From an uncultured Alphaproteobacteria bacterium (GTDB lineage Bacteria; Pseudomonadota; Alphaproteobacteria; JAJFIK01), in NCBI GenBank assembly GCA_964522525.1, contig CAZFWG010000001.1:36341-100340 (forward strand): DNA of 64,000 bases. The letters are read 5' to 3'. Made by a program: the position numbers and the translations under genes. A model generated the notes under the pieces. It was not told the DNA's origin, did no database searches, and saw only the letters and a program-made list of their open reading frames with translations. Shown here piece by piece: positions 35,608 through 44,609 of the stretch (position 1 is the stretch's first letter; each line of letters opens with the position of its first letter).

Positions 35608-36936
35608 TCAGCCGCCCGTGGCCTGACGCAGGGCATCCAGCAGATGATCCGTGGCAAAACCATCCGCCGTCAGGCCCCGGTCGCGTTGGAAGGAGCGGAT
35701 CGCCGCGCGGGTCCGGGCGCCCAGAATGCCATCCACTTCGCCGATCTTGTATCCGGCCGTGATGAGGCGGCGCTGCATTTCCTCCCGCTCGGACCGGGAC
35801 AGGATCTTGGTATCCCGGGGCCAGGCGGCCTGGAACGGGCCCGCCCCGGCGATGCGATCGGAGAGATGGGCAATGCCCAGCGCATAGGCCGTAGCCGGAT
35901 TATAGCGCATGATCGATCGGAAATTGCCGTAGATCAGGAAGGCCGGACCCCGATGGCCGCCTGGCACGATGAGCGATGCCTTGATGTCGGCGGCGGGCAG
36001 GGGCGCCCCTCCCGGGCGGCGCACGCCCAGGGTTGCCCATTGGCTGATCGGCTTCGTCGTCTGACGCCCGGCCAGGGCATAGTCAAAGCCGTCGGGCAGG
36101 GCGACTTCCCGGCCCCAGCGATAGTCCGGGTCCCATTTGGCCTTTTTCAGGAAGTTCGCCGTCGAGGCGAAGGCATCCGGCAGGCTGTCCCAGATGTCCC
36201 GTCGCCCGTCACCGTCAAAGTCGACGGCCGATTCAAGAAAGCTTGAGGGCATGAACTGGGTATGGCCCATGGCCCCGGCCCAGGATCCCTTGAGTTCCGA
36301 ACGCGGTTTATCTCCGGCCTGAATGATTTTGAGCGTGTTGATCAGCTCCCGCTCTCCGAAGGTGCGCCGCCGCCCCGTATAGGCAAAGGTCGCCAGGGAC
36401 CGGACCACGTCATATTTGCCGCGCAAGGCCCCGTAGCTGGTCTCAAGGCCCCAAATGGCCACGATCACGCGCGCCGGCACCCCGTAAGCCTGTTCCACTT
36501 GGGCGAGAAGCGCCCGGTGCTGATCAAGCTTCGCCTTGCCATTGCGCACCCGCGTCTGGGACACGGCGCCATCGAGATATTCCCAGATCGGACGGGTGAA
36601 TTCGGGTTGCCGGGCATTGCGGCGCAGGACTTCCGGGTCCGGCGTCACGCCGGCCATTTCCGCGTCATAGAGGTCGGCGCGGATCCCGGCGCGAATCGCC
36701 TGGGCCCGGAAGCGGGTCCGCCACGCATCGAAGCCCGGCGGGATCACCACTTCAGGGACTGTCGGCTTGCTCGGCGCCGCGCCCTTCGCCTTCACGACGG
36801 GGATGGGGATCTCTTCCTGGGCCACGGCGGTGGCCGCGCCGAAGCCTTGCGCGAGGGCCAGCAACGCGGCGCCTGCGACCATGGACATGTTCGATCGCCG
36901 ATCGTGGGGGAGACGCGGGCTGAAGCGCGAAGCCAT
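35608..36936 (-). CDS. Lytic murein transglycosylase (MltB/Slt35-like) with C-terminal peptidoglycan-binding domain
   Basis: Signal peptide. MltB-like core. C-terminal PG_binding_1 (GEVDGILGARTRAAIRSFQRDRGLTADGFATDHLLDAL). AGAGGA RBS before the ATG at 36936. Confidence 0.75.
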   Translation of the reverse strand: MASRFSPRLPHDRRSNMSMVAGAALLALAQGFGAATAVAQEEIPIPVVKAKGAAPSKPTVPEVVIPPGFDAWRTRFRAQAIRAGIRADLYDAEMAGVTPDPEVLRRNARQPEFTRPIWEYLDGAVSQTRVRNGKAKLDQHRALLAQVEQAYGVPARVIVAIWGLETSYGALRGKYDVVRSLATFAYTGRRRTFGERELINTLKIIQAGDKPRSELKGSWAGAMGHTQFMPSSFLESAVDFDGDGRRDIWDSLPDAFASTANFLKKAKWDPDYRWGREVALPDGFDYALAGRQTTKPISQWATLGVRRPGGAPLPAADIKASLIVPGGHRGPAFLIYGNFRSIMRYNPATAYALGIAHLSDRIAGAGPFQAAWPRDTKILSRSEREEMQRRLITAGYKIGEVDGILGARTRAAIRSFQRDRGLTADGFATDHLLDALRQATGG

Positions 36937-37175
36937 TGGCATTCCTCTGATCCTGTCCTTGAATGTCTTCACGCAGACATGAACCGATGCCTTGGCCCGG
37001 TGCAAGAGCCGAGTGCCGTCGGCATCAGTTGGTCGGGAGAGATTGACCCGCCGGGAGCTGGCCGTTAGGGTCGCGCTTCAATTTTTGCGGTTCGTTTCAG
37101 GACACAGGGTGCTGGCGCCCGTTATGGCGGCCATGACCCGGCGACGAGCGAACCCGGAAGACCAGAGGTTCCGTC

Positions 37176-37301
37176 ATGAAGATCAAGAACTCCCTGCGTT
37201 CCCTGAAGGAGCGCCACAAGGCCTGCCGTGTCGTCCGCCGTCGTGGCCGGGTCTATGTGATCAACAAGGTGCAACGCCGTTTCAAGGCTCGCCAGGGTTG
37301 A
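37176..37301 (+). CDS. rpmJ: 50S ribosomal protein L36, zinc-independent type B (YkgO-like)
   Basis: 41 aa [41 protein letters not shown], aligning with E. coli YkgO ([41 protein letters not shown]). AGAGG RBS. Not in the ORF track because it is under 60 aa. Confidence 0.7.
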   Translation: MKIKNSLRSLKERHKACRVVRRRGRVYVINKVQRRFKARQG

Positions 37302-37528
37302 TCTCCCTTCTTTACCGAAGATTTATGTACATAAAATCAATGGCTTGACGGATTGTCGCGCCTAGATGCTTGCGCCTGGGCGCGACGCACGCCCAAATCT
37401 CCATGGCGTAAGACTTGATTTGTCGATCCGTTAACCGCGCTTCCATTGCTCTTTGCGACCACTGCTGCAGTGTCGCGGTCGTTGGAACGCGGCTGCACGA
37501 TCGGTGGCGGTAAAGGGGTGGCGAACCG

Positions 37529-38581
37529 ATGGGCGGGCGGATCCTTCTCTATGGCGCGAATGGATATACGGGGCGGTTGACGGCGAAACTCGCCCGGGAC
37601 AAGGGGCAGTCCCTCATTCTCGCGGGCCGGAACGGCGCGCTGATCAAGGCGCAGGCCGATGGCCATTCCTTTGAGTGGCGCGCTTTCGATCTCACCGATC
37701 CGGACACCATCGACCGCAATCTTGAAGACGTGGACGTGGTGCTGCACATGGCCGGACCCTTTTCGGCGACCATGGCGCCCATGCTCGATGCCTGCCTCAG
37801 GACCAAGACCCACTATCTCGACATCACCGGCGAGATCGACGTCATCGAGGCCCTGTCGGGGCGTTTCGCCGATGCCCAGGCCGCCGGGATTATGATGATG
37901 CCGGGCGCCGGCTTCGATGTCGTGCCGAGTGATTGTCTGCTGGCCCATGTCAAGAATCGCCTGCCCGAGGCCAAGCGCCTGACGCTGGCGATCGAAGGGC
38001 TCACTTCCATGTCCCGGGGCACCGCGAAAACCGCGATCGAATCCCTGGGGCAGGGCATGCGGTTGCGCCGTAAGGGGCGCATCGTGACCCTTGGCGCGCC
38101 GCGCCGGCGGGATTTCGATTTCGGCCATGGTCCGGTGGATTGCGTCGGGGTCGGCTGGGGCGATGTCTCAAGCGCCTATCACTCGACCGCCGTGCCCAAC
38201 ATTCAGGTCTATTTCGCGGTCACACCCGATCTGGAGCGGGCCGCCAAGCTCTCCTCCCTGACCCGCTGGTTCCTCCGTCGCCGGCTCATCCAAGACCAGT
38301 TGAAGCGGGCCGTTGAGAAGCGTCCGGACGGTCCGAACCGGGAGGAGCGGGCCAAGGGCCGGGCCACGCTTCTCGGGGTCGCGGAAGACGGGGAGGGCGG
38401 CATCGCCGTCAGCCGGCTGACGACACCGGAACCCTATTCGCTGACCGCCCGTGTCGCCCTTGACATGGCGGTGAAGGCCGCGGGCAAGACCGCGTGTCAG
38501 GGCTTCTTCACGCCGACCCGGTTTCAAGGGGCCGATTACATTCTGGGCTTTGACGGCGTGAGGCGCGAGGACATTGTCTAA
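37529..38581 (+). CDS. Saccharopine dehydrogenase NADP-binding domain protein (enoyl-reductase-like)
   Basis: N-terminal Rossmann motif LLYGANGYTGRL. Sacchrp_dh_NADP-like. Confidence 0.7.
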   Translation: MGGRILLYGANGYTGRLTAKLARDKGQSLILAGRNGALIKAQADGHSFEWRAFDLTDPDTIDRNLEDVDVVLHMAGPFSATMAPMLDACLRTKTHYLDITGEIDVIEALSGRFADAQAAGIMMMPGAGFDVVPSDCLLAHVKNRLPEAKRLTLAIEGLTSMSRGTAKTAIESLGQGMRLRRKGRIVTLGAPRRRDFDFGHGPVDCVGVGWGDVSSAYHSTAVPNIQVYFAVTPDLERAAKLSSLTRWFLRRRLIQDQLKRAVEKRPDGPNREERAKGRATLLGVAEDGEGGIAVSRLTTPEPYSLTARVALDMAVKAAGKTACQGFFTPTRFQGADYILGFDGVRREDIV

Positions 38582-38673
38582 TTTCTCGGCCTGTTGAGGG
38601 TCCTGGGCGTGCGGTGTTGTCGCTGCGGTCCGGAAGCCGTATTGGCCACGGGGCGACGCTCCGCTAGGATCGC

Positions 38674-39222
38674 GTGATGATGAAGCGGTTCATCCTTCTG
38701 ATTTCTTTCTGCGCGATTTTGTCTTTTCCGGGCCTCGCCCGCGCCGAAGACGACGTTGATCTCCTGTTGCAGGCTCTTCTCAAAGCACCCGATGCTGAAC
38801 GTGCCGCCGGGATCGCCGCTGAAATCCGAAACCGGTGGCGGGCCCAGGGTGGTCCGACCGTGACCCTGCTCTTCGAGCACGCCGACGCCGCGCTTGAGGC
38901 GGATGATCTCTTTCTGGCCCGTGCGAAATTCTCCGGCATCACCGACGTCCAGCCCGATTTCGCGGAAGGCTGGGCGAGCCGGGGCGAGTTTCTCTGGCAA
39001 TTGGGGGAGCGGGAAACGGCCTTGAGTGATCTGGAAACCGCCGTGGACCTCGATCCGCGTCACTTCGCCGCCCACGCCCTGATCGGCGAGATTCGCGAGG
39101 CTGAGGGCGATTGGGACGGCGCGCTCGCAGCCTACCGCGCCGCACACGATCTTTATCCGCAATGGCCGCGCCCGGCCGAGCGCGTTCGCACGCTTGAAAA
39201 ACTGATCGGGTCGGAGGAATAG
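38674..39222 (+). CDS. Secreted tetratricopeptide-repeat protein
   Basis: Signal peptide ending ARA, followed by TPR-like helical repeats. Confidence 0.6.
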   Translation: MMMKRFILLISFCAILSFPGLARAEDDVDLLLQALLKAPDAERAAGIAAEIRNRWRAQGGPTVTLLFEHADAALEADDLFLARAKFSGITDVQPDFAEGWASRGEFLWQLGERETALSDLETAVDLDPRHFAAHALIGEIREAEGDWDGALAAYRAAHDLYPQWPRPAERVRTLEKLIGSEE

Positions 39223-39276
39223 GGCGCGCACGGGCGTGACCTGGTCCCCCGCAAACCGGGGGCACCAACCGGGATC

Positions 39277-40317
39277 ATGAACCGGGACGACATGGGGGAG
39301 GATCGGCCCGACGGGACGGGCGCTTTGGGGGTCTTGATGAAAATACTGGTGCTTTTGCTTGGGCTGCTCCTGATCGGCGTGTTGGGACTCCTTGTTTATG
39401 GTGTGGTTTTCGTCGGCCGTATCGAGGCGCGCTATCCCCGCGTCGGCGGTTTTGTCGATGTGGAGGCGGCCCGGCTCCACTATATCGACCGGCTGCCGAG
39501 CCTCGCCGATGGCGATGGCGGCGACAAACCGGCCTTCGTGCTCCTCCACGGCGCCAGCGCCAATTTACGGGACATGCTGATCAGTCTTGTCGAGCCGCTT
39601 TCTGCGCGGGGCTTCCGGGTCATCGCCTTTGACCGGCCGGGCCATGGCTGGTCCACCCGGTCCGATCCCAAAGGCCACGACCCCCGCGTCCAGGCGCGCA
39701 TGATCGCCGAGGCCCTGGATCAGCTGCGCATCGACCGCCCGATTCTGGTGGGCCATTCCTGGAGCGGGTCGGTCGTCATGGCCTTCCTTCTTCAGTACAA
39801 AGACCAGGTACGGGCCGGCGTGACGCTGGGCGGGGCCACGCATCCCTGGAAAGGACCGCCGAGCTGGTACAATCGGGTGGCCTTGGCGCCGGGCGTGGGC
39901 TGGCTCTTCCGGCGCACGGCCATTCCCCTGGCCGGCCCCGCGCTCCTCCCCGAAGGGATCAAGTCGAATTTCGCGCCCGACAGGCCGATCACGGACTACG
40001 CCAAGCGGGCGGGGATCGTCATGTTGTTCCGGCCCCGTCAGTTCCTGGCCAATGCCCTCGACAGCGTTCATCTGAAGGGGGCGCTTGCCGAAATGAGCCA
40101 GGACTACGCCCAGGTGACGACGCCCCTGCTGATCATCACCGGGGACAAGGACCGGACCGTCACGCCCCGGATCCACTCTATGCCGCTCCATGATCAGGTG
40201 GCGGGGTCACGACTGGTGGTCTTCGACAATGTGGGGCACATGCCCCATCACGCCCGCCAGGAGGCGGTCGTGACGGAACTCATCGCCCTTGCCGACCGTA
40301 CTGGCGGGGCGCCCTGA
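39277..40317 (+). CDS. Alpha/beta hydrolase
   Basis: N-terminal TM anchor. HGxxxS oxyanion region LLHGASAN. Nucleophile elbow GHSWSG. The start may instead be the ATG at 39337. Confidence 0.7.
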   Translation: MNRDDMGEDRPDGTGALGVLMKILVLLLGLLLIGVLGLLVYGVVFVGRIEARYPRVGGFVDVEAARLHYIDRLPSLADGDGGDKPAFVLLHGASANLRDMLISLVEPLSARGFRVIAFDRPGHGWSTRSDPKGHDPRVQARMIAEALDQLRIDRPILVGHSWSGSVVMAFLLQYKDQVRAGVTLGGATHPWKGPPSWYNRVALAPGVGWLFRRTAIPLAGPALLPEGIKSNFAPDRPITDYAKRAGIVMLFRPRQFLANALDSVHLKGALAEMSQDYAQVTTPLLIITGDKDRTVTPRIHSMPLHDQVAGSRLVVFDNVGHMPHHARQEAVVTELIALADRTGGAP

Positions 40318-40332
40318 GACGGGAGCGATGGG

Positions 40333-41769
40333 TTACACGGGCGCCGGCTGGCCGCCCACATAGGCGATGCGCATGAGATTGGTCGCCCCCGGCGTGCCGA
40401 AGGGCAGGCCGGCCGTGATCACGAGCCGCTCGCCGGACTTGGCGAAGCCTTCCTGGCTGGAGACCGCGCAGGCCTTACGCAACATGTCGTCGAGGTCGCT
40501 CGCATCCTCCGTGGTCACACAATGGACCCCCCAGGCGACGGCCAGGCGCCGGGCTGTATCGATGCTGGGCGACAGGGCCAGAATGGGCGCCTTGGGCCTT
40601 TCTCGGGCGGCGCGCAGCGCCGTGGAACCCGATGAGGTATAGCAGACGATCGCGCCCACATTGAGGGTTTCGGCGACTTCCCGGGCGGCCGCCGTGATGG
40701 CGTCGGCCGTGGTGGGCTCGGGATCGGCGTGACGGGCCTGCAGGATCGCACGGTAGTTGGGGTCGTTCTCGACGGTCTCCGCGATCTTGTTCATGGTGCT
40801 GACGGCCTCAACCGGAAACTCTCCGGCGGCTGATTCCGCCGACAGCATGACCGCATCGGCCCCCTCGAAGACCGCGTTCGACACGTCCGACACTTCAGCC
40901 CGGGTCGGGACGGGGGCGGTGATCATGGATTCAAGCATCTGGGTCGCGACCACGACCGGCTTGCCCGCGAGCCGGGTCGCGGCGATAATCTGTTTCTGCA
41001 ATCCCGGCACCTGCTCAATGGGCAGTTCAACGCCCAGATCGCCCCGCGCCACCATGAGACCGTCGGACAGGGTCAGGATCTGTTCCAGATGGGTGAGGGC
41101 GGATGGTTTCTCGATCTTCGACATGACGAAGGCCCGGCCGGCCACGAGCTTGCGGGTCTCCGCCACATCCTCCGGCCGCTGAACAAAGGACAGAGCCACC
41201 CAGTCGACGCCCAGATCAAGGGCCCGGTCCAGGTCCTGACGGTCCTTGGTGGACAGGGACGACAGGGGGAGGATGGCATCGGGGACATTGACGCCCTTGC
41301 GGTCGGAAATCTTGCCGCAGACTTCCGCCTTCGTCTGGGCAAAGCCCTTGCCCACTTCCGTGACGCGCAGGCGCATCTTGCCGTCATCGACAAGCAGCAG
41401 CCCACCGGGCTTCACGGCCTCGAAGATCTCCGGATGGGGCATGCCCACCCGGTTCTTGTCGCCGGGCGTGTCATCCAGATCGAGGCGGAAGGGATCGCCT
41501 TTTTCGAGACGGACCGGCCCGTCGGCGAATTTGCCCACGCGCAGCTTTGGCCCCTGGAGGTCCACCAGGATCCCGATCGGCCGGCCCGACTGGGCCTCGA
41601 CCTGGCGGATCATGCTGTGGGTGAGGGCGAGGCGCTCATGGTCGGCATGGCTCATATTGATACGGAAAACGTCCGCGCCCGCTTCATGGAGTTCCATGAT
41701 GCGGTCTGGGGTGGCGGACGCGGGCCCAAGGGTCGCGACGATTTTCACGTTCCGGCGACGGCGCTGCAT
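40333..41769 (-). CDS. pyk: Pyruvate kinase
   Basis: KIVATLGPAS...FRINMSHA...MVARGDLGVE motifs. Start at MQRRRRNVKIV with a GGGAG RBS. Confidence 0.85.
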   Translation of the reverse strand: MQRRRRNVKIVATLGPASATPDRIMELHEAGADVFRINMSHADHERLALTHSMIRQVEAQSGRPIGILVDLQGPKLRVGKFADGPVRLEKGDPFRLDLDDTPGDKNRVGMPHPEIFEAVKPGGLLLVDDGKMRLRVTEVGKGFAQTKAEVCGKISDRKGVNVPDAILPLSSLSTKDRQDLDRALDLGVDWVALSFVQRPEDVAETRKLVAGRAFVMSKIEKPSALTHLEQILTLSDGLMVARGDLGVELPIEQVPGLQKQIIAATRLAGKPVVVATQMLESMITAPVPTRAEVSDVSNAVFEGADAVMLSAESAAGEFPVEAVSTMNKIAETVENDPNYRAILQARHADPEPTTADAITAAAREVAETLNVGAIVCYTSSGSTALRAARERPKAPILALSPSIDTARRLAVAWGVHCVTTEDASDLDDMLRKACAVSSQEGFAKSGERLVITAGLPFGTPGATNLMRIAYVGGQPAPV

Positions 41770-41851
41770 CGGTCTGGCTCCCTGTCTGCAATTGCCGGGC
41801 ATACTCATTGCCGGTTCGGGCGCAGATGCAATGCGAAAATTGCATTCACCC

Positions 41852-42814
41852 TCACGATTTCACATTTTCGTCTTCCGGGACGGCGGTTTGGCGACCCGGT
41901 CGGGTCGTTCGCTGGGCCAGAACAACACCGGCCAGTACCACCGTCCCGCCCAAGGCCTGCCAGGCGCTTAAGCTTTCGGAAAGGATGAGCCAGCCCAGAA
42001 GAGCCGCCGCGACGGGTTCGATCAAAATCACGAGAGCGGACAGGCCGGCCGGCAGATGACCGAGGGCAAAGGCCAGGAGGCCCTGGCCGCCGGCATGGGA
42101 CACCCAGGCAAGACCTGCCAGCACCAGCCAGCCCTCAAGCGTCAGGGGCCACAAGGTCTCCCCAGCAATGAGCGCCACGGCCAAGAGTACGGCGGCGGTC
42201 ACAAGCCCCGATCCCATCATCAGGCGAGCCGCGCTCATCCGGTGGCGCAGGGACCGGACGGCCAGAACATAGCTGCCGAAAAAGAAAGCCGTGACTAGAC
42301 CGTAAATGTCTCCGGCCAGATGGTCCGGCTTCAGCGCAAAACTGTCCCCCAGGAGAAGGACGGCGCCCGCCATGGCGGTGATCAGGCCCAGGACGAAGCC
42401 GGCACCGACCCGCTCGCCCAGCAGGAACCACGCCCCGATGGTGACGATGACGGGGGAGAAATTCGCGAACAGCGTGGCATTGGCGACGCTCGTGTTCAGG
42501 ATCGACAAGTGCCAGAAGGTTAGATCGCCCGCGAACAGCACGCCGGCGAGAACCAAGGCGCCCATGTCCCCGGCTGTCAGGCGCCGAGGGCGCCCGGTCC
42601 GGCTCTCCGTCCGGCTTGCCCAATGGGCCCAGGCAAAAAGCAAGGGCAGGGCAAGGGCGACGCGCCAAAAGGCCGTGGCGAAGGGCCCCAATTCGCTCAG
42701 GCGCACGAAAATGGGCGAGGCGCCGATCGCGATGGCGCCGAGCAGAAGCGCGGGCAGGGCCCAGCCGTCGGCGCTTTGCCGGGGCGGTGAAACGGCGCCA
42801 TCAATTTCCGCCAT
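41852..42814 (-). CDS. DMT superfamily (EamA) transporter
   Basis: Two EamA repeats and about 10 TM helices. GGGAGG RBS before the ATG at 42814. Confidence 0.75.
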   Translation of the reverse strand: MAEIDGAVSPPRQSADGWALPALLLGAIAIGASPIFVRLSELGPFATAFWRVALALPLLFAWAHWASRTESRTGRPRRLTAGDMGALVLAGVLFAGDLTFWHLSILNTSVANATLFANFSPVIVTIGAWFLLGERVGAGFVLGLITAMAGAVLLLGDSFALKPDHLAGDIYGLVTAFFFGSYVLAVRSLRHRMSAARLMMGSGLVTAAVLLAVALIAGETLWPLTLEGWLVLAGLAWVSHAGGQGLLAFALGHLPAGLSALVILIEPVAAALLGWLILSESLSAWQALGGTVVLAGVVLAQRTTRPGRQTAVPEDENVKS

Positions 42815-42998
42815 GGCCGGCCTCCCGTTCTTTCTGTGCCCCTTTGATTTGGGCGTCGATTCGTGCCTCTTAAGGGCCCTTGGGCGTCCGCCGAGGACAG
42901 CGAGACGGTTGTCCGCTCGGAATGGCCGCAAGGCAAGATCCCGCGTGCGTCTCTCTTTTCAGAAAAAAGCTGGGTTGCACACCAAGAGAAAGACCGCG

Positions 42999-43811
42999 AT
43001 GCATCCTTACCTGGTCCATCTTTCCGACTCCGATAAGGTGCGCTTCGCCCTGTCCTATCCCTTTGCCCAGGCACCGGGCTCCTTCGTCTTCGCCGATGGA
43101 CGGGCCTACAGCCTCACGGCTTTCGATGTGGAGGACTGGCCGGGCGCGCGGATCCTGGGCGATCGGGACGAGATGGATCTGATGGAAGTCCTGGGCCCCA
43201 TCCACTATTCGGATCTGGCCGCGCCGCGCTTTCCCGTGCTGGCCGTTGGTTCCAACGCTTCCCCGGAACAGCTGGCCCGCAAATATGCCGGCACGCGGGA
43301 CGTGATCCCGACCGTGCGGGTCGAGGTGCATGACCATGCCATTGCCTATGCGGGCCAGATCGCGGGCTATGGATCCTTCCCGGCGACCCTGCACCATGTG
43401 CCGGGGGCCAAGACCTGTGCCTATGTCAATTTCCTGACCGATCAGCAGCGCGATCTGATGGATGCGACGGAGACGCTGGGCAAGCATTACGCCTACACGA
43501 CCTTGGAAGGGGTCGACATTCGCCTTGCGGACGGGACGGGTCTTGAGCATGTCTCCGGCTATGTGGCGATCCAGGGTGTGCTTGCGAAAGATGGGGAGAC
43601 GCTGGCCTTGTCGACCATCGAACAAACGGGGCCGGGTCTGGCCATGCGCACCCAGCGCCAGATCGCCGACTATATTCGCGGCGTGCTGGCGCCCGACCTC
43701 ACCCTGGAACAATTCGTCCTCGGCCAGATCCAGGACACCGACTTGCGCCATGCCCGGGAGGCGGCCATGGAAACCCTGGTCGTGCCCACACGGATCGCCA
43801 CATCAAGATAG
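42999..43811 (+). CDS. Hypothetical protein (270 aa)
   Basis: Start MHPYLVHL with an AGAGAAAG RBS. The 231 in-frame codons upstream are antisense to the EamA gene and were rejected. Confidence 0.5.
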   Translation: MHPYLVHLSDSDKVRFALSYPFAQAPGSFVFADGRAYSLTAFDVEDWPGARILGDRDEMDLMEVLGPIHYSDLAAPRFPVLAVGSNASPEQLARKYAGTRDVIPTVRVEVHDHAIAYAGQIAGYGSFPATLHHVPGAKTCAYVNFLTDQQRDLMDATETLGKHYAYTTLEGVDIRLADGTGLEHVSGYVAIQGVLAKDGETLALSTIEQTGPGLAMRTQRQIADYIRGVLAPDLTLEQFVLGQIQDTDLRHAREAAMETLVVPTRIATSR

Positions 43812-43846
43812 CGTTTTTTCCCACCCCCAAGCAGGAGGTCACATTC

Positions 43847-44158
43847 ATGACGGACCGTGACGATGTGCAAGCCCTGGAGGCCGCCGCCTTTCGCCGTCTC
43901 GTGAACCATCTTCGCGAGCGGCCCGAGGTTCAGAATATCGAGCTGATGACGCTTGCGGGCTTCTGTCGCAACTGCCTCGCGGATTGGCTCGCCGATGCCG
44001 CCCAGGAGACGGGGGCACCCTTGTCGAAGGATGCGGCCCGCGAACATGTCTATGGCATGCCCTATGCCGACTGGAAGGCCCAGCATCAGAAACCGGCGAC
44101 GCCCGAACAGGTGGCGGCCTTCGAGGCGGCGCAAAAGGCCAAGGGCGAATCGGGGTAA
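43847..44158 (+). CDS. DUF1244 domain protein
   Basis: MTDRDD...ALEAAAFRRLVNHLRERPEVQNIELMTLAGFCRNCLADW matches the DUF1244 signature. AGGAGG RBS. Confidence 0.7.
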   Translation: MTDRDDVQALEAAAFRRLVNHLRERPEVQNIELMTLAGFCRNCLADWLADAAQETGAPLSKDAAREHVYGMPYADWKAQHQKPATPEQVAAFEAAQKAKGESG

Positions 44159-44233
44159 ACAAAGAGTTAACGGCTTGGGTGCGGCTCGCATCCTGCGCTG
44201 TTCCCGCCCCATTTTTCCCAAAGGAGCCCTGCC

Positions 44234-44533
44234 ATGGACTCTGCCGCCCCCAATGGCGCCGCCACGAGCGGTGACAATGCCGCCGCCCCCAAATCCGTCG
44301 GCGGCGTCTCCACGGGCCAGCTCAAATCCGTCATTGAGCGGATCGAACGTTTGGAAGAAGAAAAGGCCGCCATCGCCGCCGACATCAAGGATGTCTTTGC
44401 GGAGGCCAAGGCCAATGGCTTTGATCCCAAAATCCTGCGTCAGGTGCTGAAGATCCGCAAAATGGACAAGGCCGACCGGGACGAACAGGAAGCCATCCTC
44501 GATCTTTATCTAAGTGCGCTCGGCATGGCGTGA
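44234..44533 (+). CDS. gapR: GapR-like nucleoid-associated protein (DUF2312)
   Basis: [70 protein letters not shown] is near-collinear with Caulobacter GapR (GQLKSIIDRVERLEVEKAEI...[39 protein letters not shown]). AAGGAG RBS. Confidence 0.75.
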   Translation: MDSAAPNGAATSGDNAAAPKSVGGVSTGQLKSVIERIERLEEEKAAIAADIKDVFAEAKANGFDPKILRQVLKIRKMDKADRDEQEAILDLYLSALGMA

Positions 44534-44609
44534 GCCCTGGGCCCGCCGTCGTGCTGTTTTCCCGGCCCTGATTACCTGCTACCATAGACGGGTTTAGGGA
44601 AGGGAAACC

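Noticed and set aside
42306-42998. N-terminal 231 codons of ORF 42306..43811
   Set aside because: This stretch is antisense to the EamA transporter gene and Arg/Ala-rich. A proper RBS and ATG at 42999 begins the credible 270-aa protein.
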